Below, in pieces: positions 1 through 8,439 of a DNA stretch of 64,000 bases (positions within the stretch are counted from its first letter, which is position 1; each line of letters opens with the position of its first letter). Made by a program: the position numbers and the translations under genes. This DNA is from Promethearchaeota archaeon (GTDB lineage Archaea; Asgardarchaeota; Lokiarchaeia; Sigyniarchaeales; SOKP01): contig JBHLOI010000013.1 in the NCBI GenBank assembly GCA_048940645.1, positions 1,602 through 65,601 of the forward strand, written 5' to 3'. The notes under the pieces are model-generated. The model searched no databases and was not told the origin of the DNA. It saw only the letters and a program-made list of their open reading frames with translations.

Positions 1-3000
1 ATTAAAAGATTATCGAATACCTCATGTAATAATTCATTTGCATCAACTAAATAATTATCTTCTTTGCAATCAATATTTATGTTTATCTGTCTCTCTGAAT
101 AAGCCTTGTTTATGAAATCAATAGAATTTCTTAAAACTTCACATGAATCTATTAATCCAAGTTCTATATCCTTATCTTCAAGATCAGAGAGAGTCCTGAC
201 ATTTTTTACTAATTTAGAACCCCTTTGTACTTGTTTCTTTATAATCTCTGATATATTTTGGATATCCGAAGCATTTTTAACTCCATTAAGTTGATAAGAG
301 ATGAGTTCTGCTGAGGAATTTATAATTTGTAGAAGATTGTTAATATCATGGGCAAATAAATCTTTATAAAGATTCGCACGTTCAAACGCATCACGATATT
401 TTTTCTCTGAAACTATAATTTTTTGCTCAGCAACTTTTCTATCAGTAATATCCATTCCATAAATATTCACATAATCTACATCCTTAACAGGCGTTACAAT
501 TAAGGAATATATTCTATCTTTAAGGAGGATTTCAAAGCTCTTAATTGCTTTTTCTTTATATGAGTTTTCCACATAATTCTTTAATACACTAGGAAGCTCA
601 CTTTTCGAATGTAAATCGAATAAATTCTCTGCAGCTTTATTAGCATAAATAATTTTTTCTCCATCAACTCGTAATATCGGCGATGGATTTTCAGAAGGAA
701 ATTTCGCTAAATTGGAAATTTCAAATTCAGCTCTTTTATGTTCAGTGATATCAGCACTCATGACTCCAAGCCCATCTCCAACTTTAAAAGCATTAATATT
801 ATAATAACCTTCTTTAAAGCCGGGTAGTGTCCTAACGCCTTCAAAAGTTATGGGATTTCCTGTTTTGAGAACCTCTAAATATTTATCATACCTACCAGTT
901 TCTTTGATCTCTGGAATGATTTCCAGCATATGTTTTCCTATTATATATTCTTTATACATGCCCATACGTTCCAGAGCAATTTTATTAATTTCTATTAAAT
1001 TAAGATTTGAATCCCATATTGTAATGCTATCTGTTGCTGACTGGATAAAATCATTTAATATCTTCTCAGATTCTTGTAATTTTTGCTCTGCAAGTTTGCG
1101 TTCCGTGATATCCATGATTGATGTTAGATCAGCTAAACCGTTACCGAAAGGAATCGTTCTTGAATCAACTTCTAGCCACTTTATCCCCCCTGATTTTGTT
1201 AACACTCTAAATTGAAAATCTTTTATAGTGTTTATTTCATTTTGATATTTTTTTCTAACAATTTCAATAAATTGGTTCTGATCCTCTTCATAAACAATTT
1301 CGAGAAGGTCGTTAATCTTCCAACTTTCAATCTCTTCTTTATCGTAACCTATAATATCTCCTAATTTCTGATTTGAATATTTAATATCGTAATCTTGGAT
1401 AATTAGGATTCCTATATATGATTGCTCTGCCATAACTCTAAATTTTTCTTCAGAATCTTTTAACTTTTGTTCTGCTTTCTTACGATCAGTGATATCACTA
1501 AACGTTACAGCAAAATATCCTCTCTTAGGAGAATATCCTGAAACTTTATACCAACGGTCCATTGCCTCCGAATAATCCTCTACTGTTATTGGAACACCTG
1601 TTAATCCCACATTACCAAACTTGCCGATCCAGTCCGCTGGATCGTTTTCTGTTCCTGGAATTGCTTCAGTCACAGTCTTTCCAATTAGATCCTCTTTTTT
1701 CATATTTGTAAGCCTTTCAAAAGCGGGATTCACTTCAATATACCGATAATCAATTGGTTTATTTTTGTGATCTACAATGACCTCATGATACGCAAATCCT
1801 GAGGTCATATTCTCAAACAAAGAGCGATATTTCCCTTCAGATTCTTTTAATTCTTGTTCTGCAACTTTGAATTTCGTTACATCCCTATTTATTGCACCAA
1901 GCATATAACTGCCATCTGATTCTATTGGAAATATGAGTTGTTGGATTACTTTTTTTCTATTAGTAAATTCTAATTCTTGCTCTCCTAAATTATTTAAAAA
2001 AGGTCCTTCCCCTGTTTTAATGGCATGATTAATCATCTTTTTTAATTGAATTTTGTATTCTTGGTTTAGTTTTTCTTTGGGAGTAATTTGGTAAAAAATA
2101 TCCCAAATTGGTTTATTGATAGTATCAACTCTTTTTATTCCGAAGATCTCTTCTTGTCCCTTGTTCCATTCAATAATATTCCCTTCTGTATCAGTTAAAA
2201 CTAAACCATCTTGACTTTCTTCTATGAATTTTCTAAGAATTTCTTCACTCTTCCTTATTTTATCAGCAATGGCTTTTTTTTCAGTTATATCTCTTGAAAT
2301 TATTTGGGCTTTCAAATTTCCATCTTGATCAATAAATGTCTTACCTCTTGCTTCTAGCCATATCCAATGCCCCATTTTATGTCTAAATCTTATCTCTGCT
2401 GTCCCTTCCCCTGTATCAAAACCTTTTTTCAAAGCTGTGGCAGCAAGTTCAACATCATCTGGATGTATAAAATTTAAAGCTGATTTTCCTATTAAATCAG
2501 CATTTGAATACCCTAGTACGCGTAAAAATGTTTCTTCATTAAGAAATTCATATTTGAAGTTTTTATCAAGAATTCCAATCAGGTCATAAACATTTTCAGT
2601 AATGAGACGATATTTTTCTTCAGATTCCATTAGTTTATGTTCAATATTTTTCCTTTCAGTTATATCTCTTGATATAAGTAAAACTTTCCAGTTATCTTTT
2701 TGAATTTCAATTAGTGATGCCCAAATATCATACCACTTCCATTCCCCATTTTTGTGCTTGATTCTTCCTTCTCTCCTTGCTTTTCCTTCCTTAAGCGTTT
2801 GTTTAATCATTTCATCAATTTGCTCATACTCATCGGGATGAACTATTATTTTACCGTTCATTCCTATTAAGTCTTCTTTTGAATAGCCAAGTTGTTTAAG
2901 ATGATTAGCTTCATTAATATATTCGAAATTAAAATCTTTATCAAATATCCGGATTAGATCATTAGAATTTTCGGTAATTAATCGATATCGTTCTTCTAAC

Positions 3001-3008
3001 TCTTTCAA
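1..3008 (-). CDS. Multi-PAS sensor histidine kinase (3' end runs off the window; absent from ORF track)
   Basis: Manual minus-strand translation of segments shows about seven PAS/PAC units joined by DITE/DxK...SEEKYR-type linkers, an H-box (DLFAHDINNLLQ, ~330-363) and an N-box (ANELLHEVFDNLL, ~3-41). Both ends are in the same frame. Start taken as TTG at 3008, below an in-frame TAA at 3027-3029. Confidence 0.85.
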   Translation of the reverse strand, partial: MKELEERYRLITENSNDLIRIFDKDFNFEYINEANHLKQLGYSKEDLIGMNGKIIVHPDEYEQIDEMIKQTLKEGKARREGRIKHKNGEWKWYDIWASLIEIQKDNWKVLLISRDITERKNIEHKLMESEEKYRLITENVYDLIGILDKNFKYEFLNEETFLRVLGYSNADLIGKSALNFIHPDDVELAATALKKGFDTGEGTAEIRFRHKMGHWIWLEARGKTFIDQDGNLKAQIISRDITEKKAIADKIRKSEEILRKFIEESQDGLVLTDTEGNIIEWNKGQEEIFGIKRVDTINKPIWDIFYQITPKEKLNQEYKIQLKKMINHAIKTGEGPFLNNLGEQELEFTNRKKVIQQLIFPIESDGSYMLGAINRDVTKFKVAEQELKESEGKYRSLFENMTSGFAYHEVIVDHKNKPIDYRYIEVNPAFERLTNMKKEDLIGKTVTEAIPGTENDPADWIGKFGNVGLTGVPITVEDYSEAMDRWYKVSGYSPKRGYFAVTFSDITDRKKAEQKLKDSEEKFRVMAEQSYIGILIIQDYDIKYSNQKLGDIIGYDKEEIESWKINDLLEIVYEEDQNQFIEIVRKKYQNEINTIKDFQFRVLTKSGGIKWLEVDSRTIPFGNGLADLTSIMDITERKLAEQKLQESEKILNDFIQSATDSITIWDSNLNLIEINKIALERMGMYKEYIIGKHMLEIIPEIKETGRYDKYLEVLKTGNPITFEGVRTLPGFKEGYYNINAFKVGDGLGVMSADITEHKRAEFEISNLAKFPSENPSPILRVDGEKIIYANKAAENLFDLHSKSELPSVLKNYVENSYKEKAIKSFEILLKDRIYSLIVTPVKDVDYVNIYGMDITDRKVAEQKIIVSEKKYRDAFERANLYKDLFAHDINNLLQIINSSAELISYQLNGVKNASDIQNISEIIKKQVQRGSKLVKNVRTLSDLEDKDIELGLIDSCEVLRNSIDFINKAYSERQININIDCKEDNYLVDANELLHEVFDNLL

Positions 3009-3226
3009 TTTCTGCTCAACTTCTTTTTACTCAGTAATAAAATCTTTTTGAAAAATACTCAAAATGATATTTATTATGTATTAGTGCAAATATTATTTAG
3101 TATTCTCTTTATATTTTATAAACAATTAAAAAAATGAGTGTTAATATAACGAATAAAATAAAAGAAAATTATCTTAAAAAGAAAAAAAAAAAAGAAAAAA
3201 TAAAAAGTTAAGATTAAATTTTTTGA

Positions 3227-3478
3227 TTAACCTCCAGCGATAGGAGGGAAAATTGCAATTATATCATGATCTTTGATTTCATCATTAGCCGTTTTATGGG
3301 GCAAACCGTTAATAAGGATTATCATATTTTGCTTTGTTGTTGGTATTTTGTATTTATCAAGGAGATATTGAATTTTACTTCCCTTTGGGATGCTTATTTC
3401 TGCTTTATCTGGTCCATATTTTCTAAAATCAGCAAAAAATTTTACAATTACAGAAATAACATGAACTTCTTCAGTCAT
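3227..3478 (-). CDS. MoaD/ThiS-family ubiquitin-like sulfur carrier (SAMP-like)
   Basis: Beta-grasp pattern VKFFADFR...ILING...IAIFPPIAGG with C-terminal GG. Start moved to ATG 3478, which overlaps the end of the upstream gene. Confidence 0.88.
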   Translation of the reverse strand: MTEEVHVISVIVKFFADFRKYGPDKAEISIPKGSKIQYLLDKYKIPTTKQNMIILINGLPHKTANDEIKDHDIIAIFPPIAGG

Positions 3479-3758
3479 CTTCAACTCTCGTAAAATACCA
3501 TTTGTATAATAGTCCCATATTTTTAGGAAATATGCCAATTCTATCTCCATCCTTTATTCTTTTTCTAAATCCTGCATAGATCCCATTTACAAAAATATGA
3601 CTTGTTTCAGTCTCTTCTATTGAATATTTTTTTAAAATGTCAGCAACAAATTCAATCCCTTCAACTTCAATCTTAAGATTATATGGACTAACTATCTCTG
3701 ATTCTTTTCTTAAAACTTTTTTAGCTAAATTTCCGAAAAGTTTTACTAAAATCGTCAT
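3471..3758 (-). CDS. MoaD/ThiS-like beta-grasp protein lacking the C-terminal GG
   Basis: VKLFGNL...IFVNG...IKDGDRIGIFP core, then KNMGLLYKWYFTRVEDD instead of PxxGG. Confidence 0.75.
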   Translation of the reverse strand: MTILVKLFGNLAKKVLRKESEIVSPYNLKIEVEGIEFVADILKKYSIEETETSHIFVNGIYAGFRKRIKDGDRIGIFPKNMGLLYKWYFTRVEDD

Positions 3759-3770
3759 ATTTTATTAGTC

Positions 3771-5507
3771 CTAAGCTCCCCACACCTTATCTAACTCTTC
3801 ATCAGACACATTGAAAACTTCATTAGATGGTGCAACTGCTTCTTGTCTTAAAAATTCTGGAAGTCGATCATCTGCTGCAGTAAATCCAGCCGCTTTATTA
3901 AAATCTCTTTCAGTTGTTATTACTTTCATTCCTAGCTCAGTTAAATCTACATCTGTACCAACAACACCATTTACAGACTGTATCATTCCTTCTAATCCTT
4001 CAGGAATATCAAGAACAGCGAAGGCTGTAAAAAGGCAATACCCTGAGGAATCAACATAAGCTGTGGCTACCTGTAGATTTCTTGACAATTCGGATTTTTT
4101 AGTATCTCTTGGGTCGGCTGTTCCACCAACACCCATAATTTCTGTGGCGATTGCATAACCTGCTGTGTGATCTGCTCCCATTGGGGTTGTTGCGTATGTA
4201 ACTCCAATGCCTTTTATTGCTCTCGGATCATAAGCAGGTAATCCTTGACCCTTGACAACTGGTACTCTAGTAACTCCGAATGCTTGACCTGTGAAAGCAC
4301 AACCATTAGCTAAAATTCTTCCAGTAGGGGTTTTCTTGCGAATTTCATCCATTAACTTCAAAGCACCTTTACCATCACCAAATTTTACCATACCTCCTTC
4401 CATTGCTACAGCAATAGTATCTCCTGCTTCAATGGTATCCAATCCAAGATCATTGCATGCTCGGTTCAGCTCACCTACATCATCAAGATTATAAATGCCA
4501 CAATTAGCTCCTAAAGCCCATACAGATTCATACTCTAGCACACCAACAGGATCCTTCCCGCCTGGTTTGGTCCATACCTCCGAGCATCGAATTACACAAC
4601 CAGGATTACAATGATGAGGCCTCGTACCGCCTCTTATTTTAATTTCTTCAGCTTTCTTTTCACCAGAAATATTAGCAGATCTATCATCTTGGCCGCTGGA
4701 GAAATTTCTTTGAGGTAATCCTCCAGCTTCATTTATTATGTTAACCAAAACAGAAGTACCATAAGAAGCTAATGCTCCATCCGGTTTTGTGACATCATGT
4801 TCTCCAAGTGCTTTTCTTAATTTTTCTCTACCTTGATCAAAGAGTTCTTTATTCTTAACCTCAACTCCAGGAGCTCCAGTATCATCAACAACTATAAACT
4901 TTAGACCTTTTGACGCCATAACTGCACCAAGTCCGCCTCTTCCTGCATATCTACTTGGCAACCCTTCAGGATCATTAAAACAGATTCCTGAAGCAGCACC
5001 CATTAACTCTCCTGCAATACCACAAGCACAAATACTCACCCTATTTCCAAATTCTTTAAATAAATCTTTATACACTTGATACAATCCTTTTCCAACATAT
5101 TTAGTAGCCTTCATGAATTCAACTTTATCCATTGAAAGCTTAAGCATATGGTAATCATCACCTTTAGGTTGACCTTCTACAATAATGGCTGCTATTTGCA
5201 TTCTAGCTAGTCTCTGTGGAAAATCAGTTCCAGCATTGGCTTCCTTTATCCCTCCCGTTAAGGGGGATTTCCCTCCAACTGAAATTCTTCCGGAAGTAGG
5301 TGCTACAGTACCAGTAACTATCCCTGGTGCAAACACTAATTTATTATTAGGACCGAGTGGATGACATGTAGGATCAACTTCTTTAGATACAATAGTTGAA
5401 GTTAAGGCTCGACCTCCTAAAGTAGCATAACTCTCTGGAAAATCTTCAAATGAAGTCTCAAGCTTACTCATATTTACTCTTAAAATTCTTTTTGGCAATA
5501 ATTTCAC
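3771..5507 (-). CDS. aor: Aldehyde:ferredoxin oxidoreductase (tungstopterin AOR family)
   Basis: ILRVNMS, KSPLTGGIKEANAG, GRGGLGAVMASKGLK, CNPGCVIRC, CNDLGLDTI, AYDPR motifs. Confidence 0.93.
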   Translation of the reverse strand: MKLLPKRILRVNMSKLETSFEDFPESYATLGGRALTSTIVSKEVDPTCHPLGPNNKLVFAPGIVTGTVAPTSGRISVGGKSPLTGGIKEANAGTDFPQRLARMQIAAIIVEGQPKGDDYHMLKLSMDKVEFMKATKYVGKGLYQVYKDLFKEFGNRVSICACGIAGELMGAASGICFNDPEGLPSRYAGRGGLGAVMASKGLKFIVVDDTGAPGVEVKNKELFDQGREKLRKALGEHDVTKPDGALASYGTSVLVNIINEAGGLPQRNFSSGQDDRSANISGEKKAEEIKIRGGTRPHHCNPGCVIRCSEVWTKPGGKDPVGVLEYESVWALGANCGIYNLDDVGELNRACNDLGLDTIEAGDTIAVAMEGGMVKFGDGKGALKLMDEIRKKTPTGRILANGCAFTGQAFGVTRVPVVKGQGLPAYDPRAIKGIGVTYATTPMGADHTAGYAIATEIMGVGGTADPRDTKKSELSRNLQVATAYVDSSGYCLFTAFAVLDIPEGLEGMIQSVNGVVGTDVDLTELGMKVITTERDFNKAAGFTAADDRLPEFLRQEAVAPSNEVFNVSDEELDKVWGA

Positions 5508-5703
5508 CTTTACATATTGTTTTAATTTTGAAAATCGTTAAATAAAATTTGATATTTCTTCCTATTTAATTGTATCTTTAATTTAGAATAACTCTTCGAT
5601 ATGTACGTTCGTATAGAACGAAGAAAAATGCCGCTTCCGATGAATTTCGTTTATTAAAAAAAAAGTCCCATTAACCCCCATCTAAGAATATTCATACCAT
5701 TCC

Positions 5704-7656
5704 TTACAATTCTGTGATTATAGGAATTATAAGATGACTTGGATATATCTGATTATGAAAAACTTTTTGTTCTGCGATCATATAACCTCCATTGCTTTTT
5801 TCTCCCCCAAGATTAGAGTTAATATCAAACCTGGGAAAATTGCTTGAGGTTATTTCTATTCTTATTCGATGTTTTTTTCTAAAATAATTAGAAGTGTTTC
5901 CTAAATTAATCTCGTATCCATAAACTTTGTTAGGTTCGATTAATGATGAGGCTTCTTCACCATTTCTGTACCTTGCTCTTATTCCAGCATCTAAAATATT
6001 AATTGCTTTTCCTCGAGGATATACGTCAACTAATTTTACCATGAAGTCAGTATCTTTTGCGGAAGAGGAGGCAAATAATATCATTTTTACTGGTCCAGTT
6101 ATCTCAATACCGGTATCTAAGGGTTCGGTAGAATAGACTAGTACATCTTTTCTCTTTTCGGCATCCTTTTGATTTCGTGCGCCCTTTAATATCCCTAAAT
6201 TTCTTCCTCCTTTTGTTAGTACCGGATTCATTGGGTCAAATTTATAGTTGTCTTCGAGTTCCTCAATCGGTTTATTAAAATCTAGTCTTCCATCTCCTTT
6301 TATACTGTTTGCATTCCCACTTGAATGAATATATAATTTTTTATATTCTACGTCATTAGGAGGCCAATGTTCTGTGTATCTCCATTTATTTTTACCCATT
6401 ATCCAATATTTAATCGATGGTTTTTCGATATCAGAAAGTGCTTGCTTATCATCCATCAACCAATATCTATTCCATGCTAAACTTAAAAATTCCTTGAAAA
6501 ATCGTGCTATTCCAGCATTACCTATACGACTTTCGAGATGCCCAACTGTTGCATGTGCCCATGATCCAATAAGCATTTTTGAATATTTCTTCGCAACTCC
6601 AGTAGCTTTAGCTTTAATATTCAAAAATTCTTCTAATTGTTTTTCAAAAAACATATCTTGCCAACCTGTAAGCATGAATGCAGGCTGAGAAAATTTTGAA
6701 ATATCAATATCTAAGAATCCAGGCATTTTATATGTGTCTTTATCTAGATCCTGAGTTATTAAGAAACTGTTTAAAAATTTAAAATAAATCTTTAAATTAC
6801 GCTTCAAAGGATTAAAATTATTTATATTGTAATAAGCAACTAGTAGATTTTGGACTTCTTCAATAGACTTACCTTTTAACTGAGATAACTTAATTCGAGT
6901 TTTCCTTTTAAGAGGGTCATTGAATAGTGCATACTTCGGATTCAAGTACCTTTCTTGCATTAGATTTGTTAATTTATCTACATTAGGAGCATCCCGATGT
7001 GATGTAATATTAACCATTATTCTATAAATAGAAGTTGTTAATGCGTGAATTTGGAGTCCTCCATTATCTTTCCATAGATTCAATGAAGAAGTAATTGCTG
7101 GAGCAATACAAGTCAAGTAATTATTATCCCATGATAAAGCCAATTGAGTTATCCCAAAATAACTGGCCCCGACCATACCAATCCTGCCATTATACCAATA
7201 TTGCTTTGATATCCACTCAAGTGTCTCTAATCCATCTTCTCTTTCAGTGAATAAGTAATAATTAAATCCATCCGAATGGCCTGTCCCTCTTATATCTTGT
7301 ATGATCGCTACAAATCCATAGGCTGCGTACGCATATCCTAAAATGCATAAACTATTTTTCCAATAGGGTAATCGTACTAAAATTGTAGGACATTTGACTT
7401 TTTTCTTAAAAACCTCTTTTGGGACGTATATATCCGTGGCCAATCTTGTTCCATCTGTTAATTTTAACATAAATTCAGGATACCTTTTAACACTATATTT
7501 GGGATATCCAGATCTAAAAATTACTGCTAAAAACTTAACTAGAGGTAAAGAGCCATGATCCCTAAAGATTGAATAAAACTTTTTGATGAATTTAGGAAAA
7601 TTTGGTCTAACTACAACTTTTAAATAAGAAAAGGTAGTTACATAATTATTTTTCAT
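5704..7656 (-). CDS. CocE/NonD-family alpha/beta hydrolase (peptidase S15-like)
   Basis: DGTRLATDIY, QDIRGTGHSDG, nucleophile GASYFG, GWQD, GSWAH, C-terminal SSNFPRFDIN. Confidence 0.9.
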   Translation of the reverse strand: MKNNYVTTFSYLKVVVRPNFPKFIKKFYSIFRDHGSLPLVKFLAVIFRSGYPKYSVKRYPEFMLKLTDGTRLATDIYVPKEVFKKKVKCPTILVRLPYWKNSLCILGYAYAAYGFVAIIQDIRGTGHSDGFNYYLFTEREDGLETLEWISKQYWYNGRIGMVGASYFGITQLALSWDNNYLTCIAPAITSSLNLWKDNGGLQIHALTTSIYRIMVNITSHRDAPNVDKLTNLMQERYLNPKYALFNDPLKRKTRIKLSQLKGKSIEEVQNLLVAYYNINNFNPLKRNLKIYFKFLNSFLITQDLDKDTYKMPGFLDIDISKFSQPAFMLTGWQDMFFEKQLEEFLNIKAKATGVAKKYSKMLIGSWAHATVGHLESRIGNAGIARFFKEFLSLAWNRYWLMDDKQALSDIEKPSIKYWIMGKNKWRYTEHWPPNDVEYKKLYIHSSGNANSIKGDGRLDFNKPIEELEDNYKFDPMNPVLTKGGRNLGILKGARNQKDAEKRKDVLVYSTEPLDTGIEITGPVKMILFASSSAKDTDFMVKLVDVYPRGKAINILDAGIRARYRNGEEASSLIEPNKVYGYEINLGNTSNYFRKKHRIRIEITSSNFPRFDINSNLGGEKSNGGYMIAEQKVFHNQIYPSHLIIPIITEL

Positions 7657-7701
7657 TAAATTGATAAAAATACAATAGCTTAAAAAGTTTAAAAATAAAT
7701 A

Positions 7702-7796
7702 TGGCAGGCCCGGGGGGATTTGAACCCCCGATCGTCAGCTCTCCCCGAAAATATAATTAGGAGGCTGCCGCGATATCCATGCTTCGCCACGAGCCT
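7702..7796 (-). tRNA. tRNA-Arg(CCT) with 17-nt intron at 37/38 and encoded CCA
   Basis: Minus strand AGGCTCG...CGGGCCT acceptor stem plus GCCA; D stem GCGA/TCGC; T arm GGGGG-TTCAAAT-CCCCC; anticodon loop CT-CCT-A interrupted by ATTATATTTTCGGGGAG (7741-7757). Confidence 0.93.
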
Positions 7797-8023
7797 AACT
7801 TGTTCGTATTGATATTATTATATTAAAGTTTAGTAAAATAAAAATTTAGATATGATGTTAATAAACAATCTTATCTCTTAAGCTCCTTATTATTTATAAT
7901 AGAGAATATTTGTGATCTTTTTAAGTATTAAAAAAGACTTAAAACCAAAGGTTTTAATTGACTTTTATTATTTTTAATATTATTAATAGATTTTTTAAAT
8001 ATTTTTTTTTTGAGTTTTGAAAT

Positions 8024-8287
8024 ATGGAAAGAAGACTAAATAGACCCATTGACTATTTGAAAAATTCAATAAATAGAGTTATTTTAATTAAAGTGAAACG
8101 AAACCGTTTGTTTCGTGGAAATTTATGTGGATTCGACGAACATTTGAACCTATATCTTGAGGGAACGAGCCAAATTTTCGAATATCAAGATGAAGATGGT
8201 AACATACGAGAGGAACATGAAGACTTAGGGAGCATAGTTGTACGTGGTGATAATGTCATTTTCGTCAATTTAGCGAATGAAGAATAA
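8024..8287 (+). CDS. Sm-like (LSm/SmAP) RNA-binding protein
   Basis: Sm1 motif RGNLCGFDEHLNLYL and Sm2 motif LGSIVVRGDNV. Confidence 0.93.
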   Translation: MERRLNRPIDYLKNSINRVILIKVKRNRLFRGNLCGFDEHLNLYLEGTSQIFEYQDEDGNIREEHEDLGSIVVRGDNVIFVNLANEE

Positions 8288-8439
8288 AAAATCATTGATA
8301 TTAGAAAAAATATTTGTGATCTAAAGTAAACTTATCTTAATTCTTCAATTAAAGTAGTTCAAAATAAAAGTTTTTTAAGTTTCAATAATTTTAATATGAA
8401 GAGGCTTTAGTTCAAGAAAAATTTAAAAAAAATTGATGA

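Noticed and set aside
106-1215. Plus-strand ORFs 106..294 and 850..1215
   Set aside because: Antisense to the multi-PAS kinase, which the track missed because it has no stop codon inside the window.
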